Origin: Octopus sinensis
Taxonomy: Eukaryota
Assembly (NCBI RefSeq): GCF_006345805.1
Contig: NC_043012.1
Span: forward strand, 35,960,001-36,024,000
Length of the DNA: 64,000 nucleotides
Direction of reading: 5' to 3'
Positions 63,351 to 64,000 of the stretch are shown piece after piece. The position numbers and the translations under genes were made by a program. The number at the start of each line of letters is the position of its first letter. Position 1 is the first letter of the stretch. Below the pieces are notes generated by a model that was given only the letters and a program-made list of their open reading frames with translations, ran no database searches and was not told the DNA's origin.

Positions 63351-64000
63351 GTATGTATGGAACCCCCCTCCCCCCTGCACCACCACTACTACCACCACCA
63401 CCACCACCACCACCTATCCCTGCTTCCAGTCCAGTTTCGATTCTCATCTATGTCATGTGAGTGAGAGTTTATTGAGACAAGGAAAATTTTGATGTCTTTC
63501 AATCATCATCATCATCATCATCTTCATCATTACTATCACCATGATGACCATCACCATCTTCATCATCACCATCATCATCATCACCATCATCATCACCACC
63601 ATCATCATCATCAACAGCAGCACTAGCAGCATTACTATCGTTGTCATCATCAGCAGCATCCTCCTTTTGTTTTTTCAGACAGTTGATCGTAATTTGTGGA
63701 AGATTTTGTTGATATTTCTAGTTGTCTGAGTGCCTGCATAAAAGTTCCCTTGTTGAGCCATCAGTAAACGTATTTGACGTGTGTGTGTGTGTGTGTGTGT
63801 GATGTGACACAGACTGTGATACAGATTCTATAACTTATCTATGATACATTATCAATAAGCCATGTTACGATTTGTGATCTGCATAACAATATAAGTTGTT
63901 ATATGTGTTGTGATACATGAACTGACACAACATGTCACACAGATTCTGTCACTGCGATACATATGTCACTCAACACAACGCAGCACATCACAGGCTGTCA

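Overview
AT-rich, microsatellite-saturated animal genomic DNA. The repeat landscape looks cephalopod (Octopus-like), which is an inference. The window holds six phase-compatible + strand GT-AG exons (804 nt, 268 codons) of a Piccolo-like active-zone gene: the PDZ C-terminus, a linker with the GVDPxQLAAxL motif, and the C2A domain. The gene runs off both ends of the window. The introns (2.8, 27.6, 6.1, 19.2 and 3.5 kb) contain a near full-length RTE-clade LINE with a PHD-type finger inside its RT, many RTE 3'-end fragments, and (TAA)n-embedded R4/Dong-type RLE remnants. They also contain a DD34D mariner, a DD37D maT derivative, hAT-type and foldback MITEs, at least three tRNA-headed SINE families, and several tandem repeats. 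The best leads are candidate recursive splice sites in the two longest introns, a frame-compatible alternative 50-nt exon, an in-frame alternative acceptor at the Piccolo C2A switch position, and five minimal hammerhead-ribozyme-like motifs, one with an intact core. Nearly all other ORFs in the track are microsatellite artefacts. Family names come from motif recognition by eye, not from database searches.
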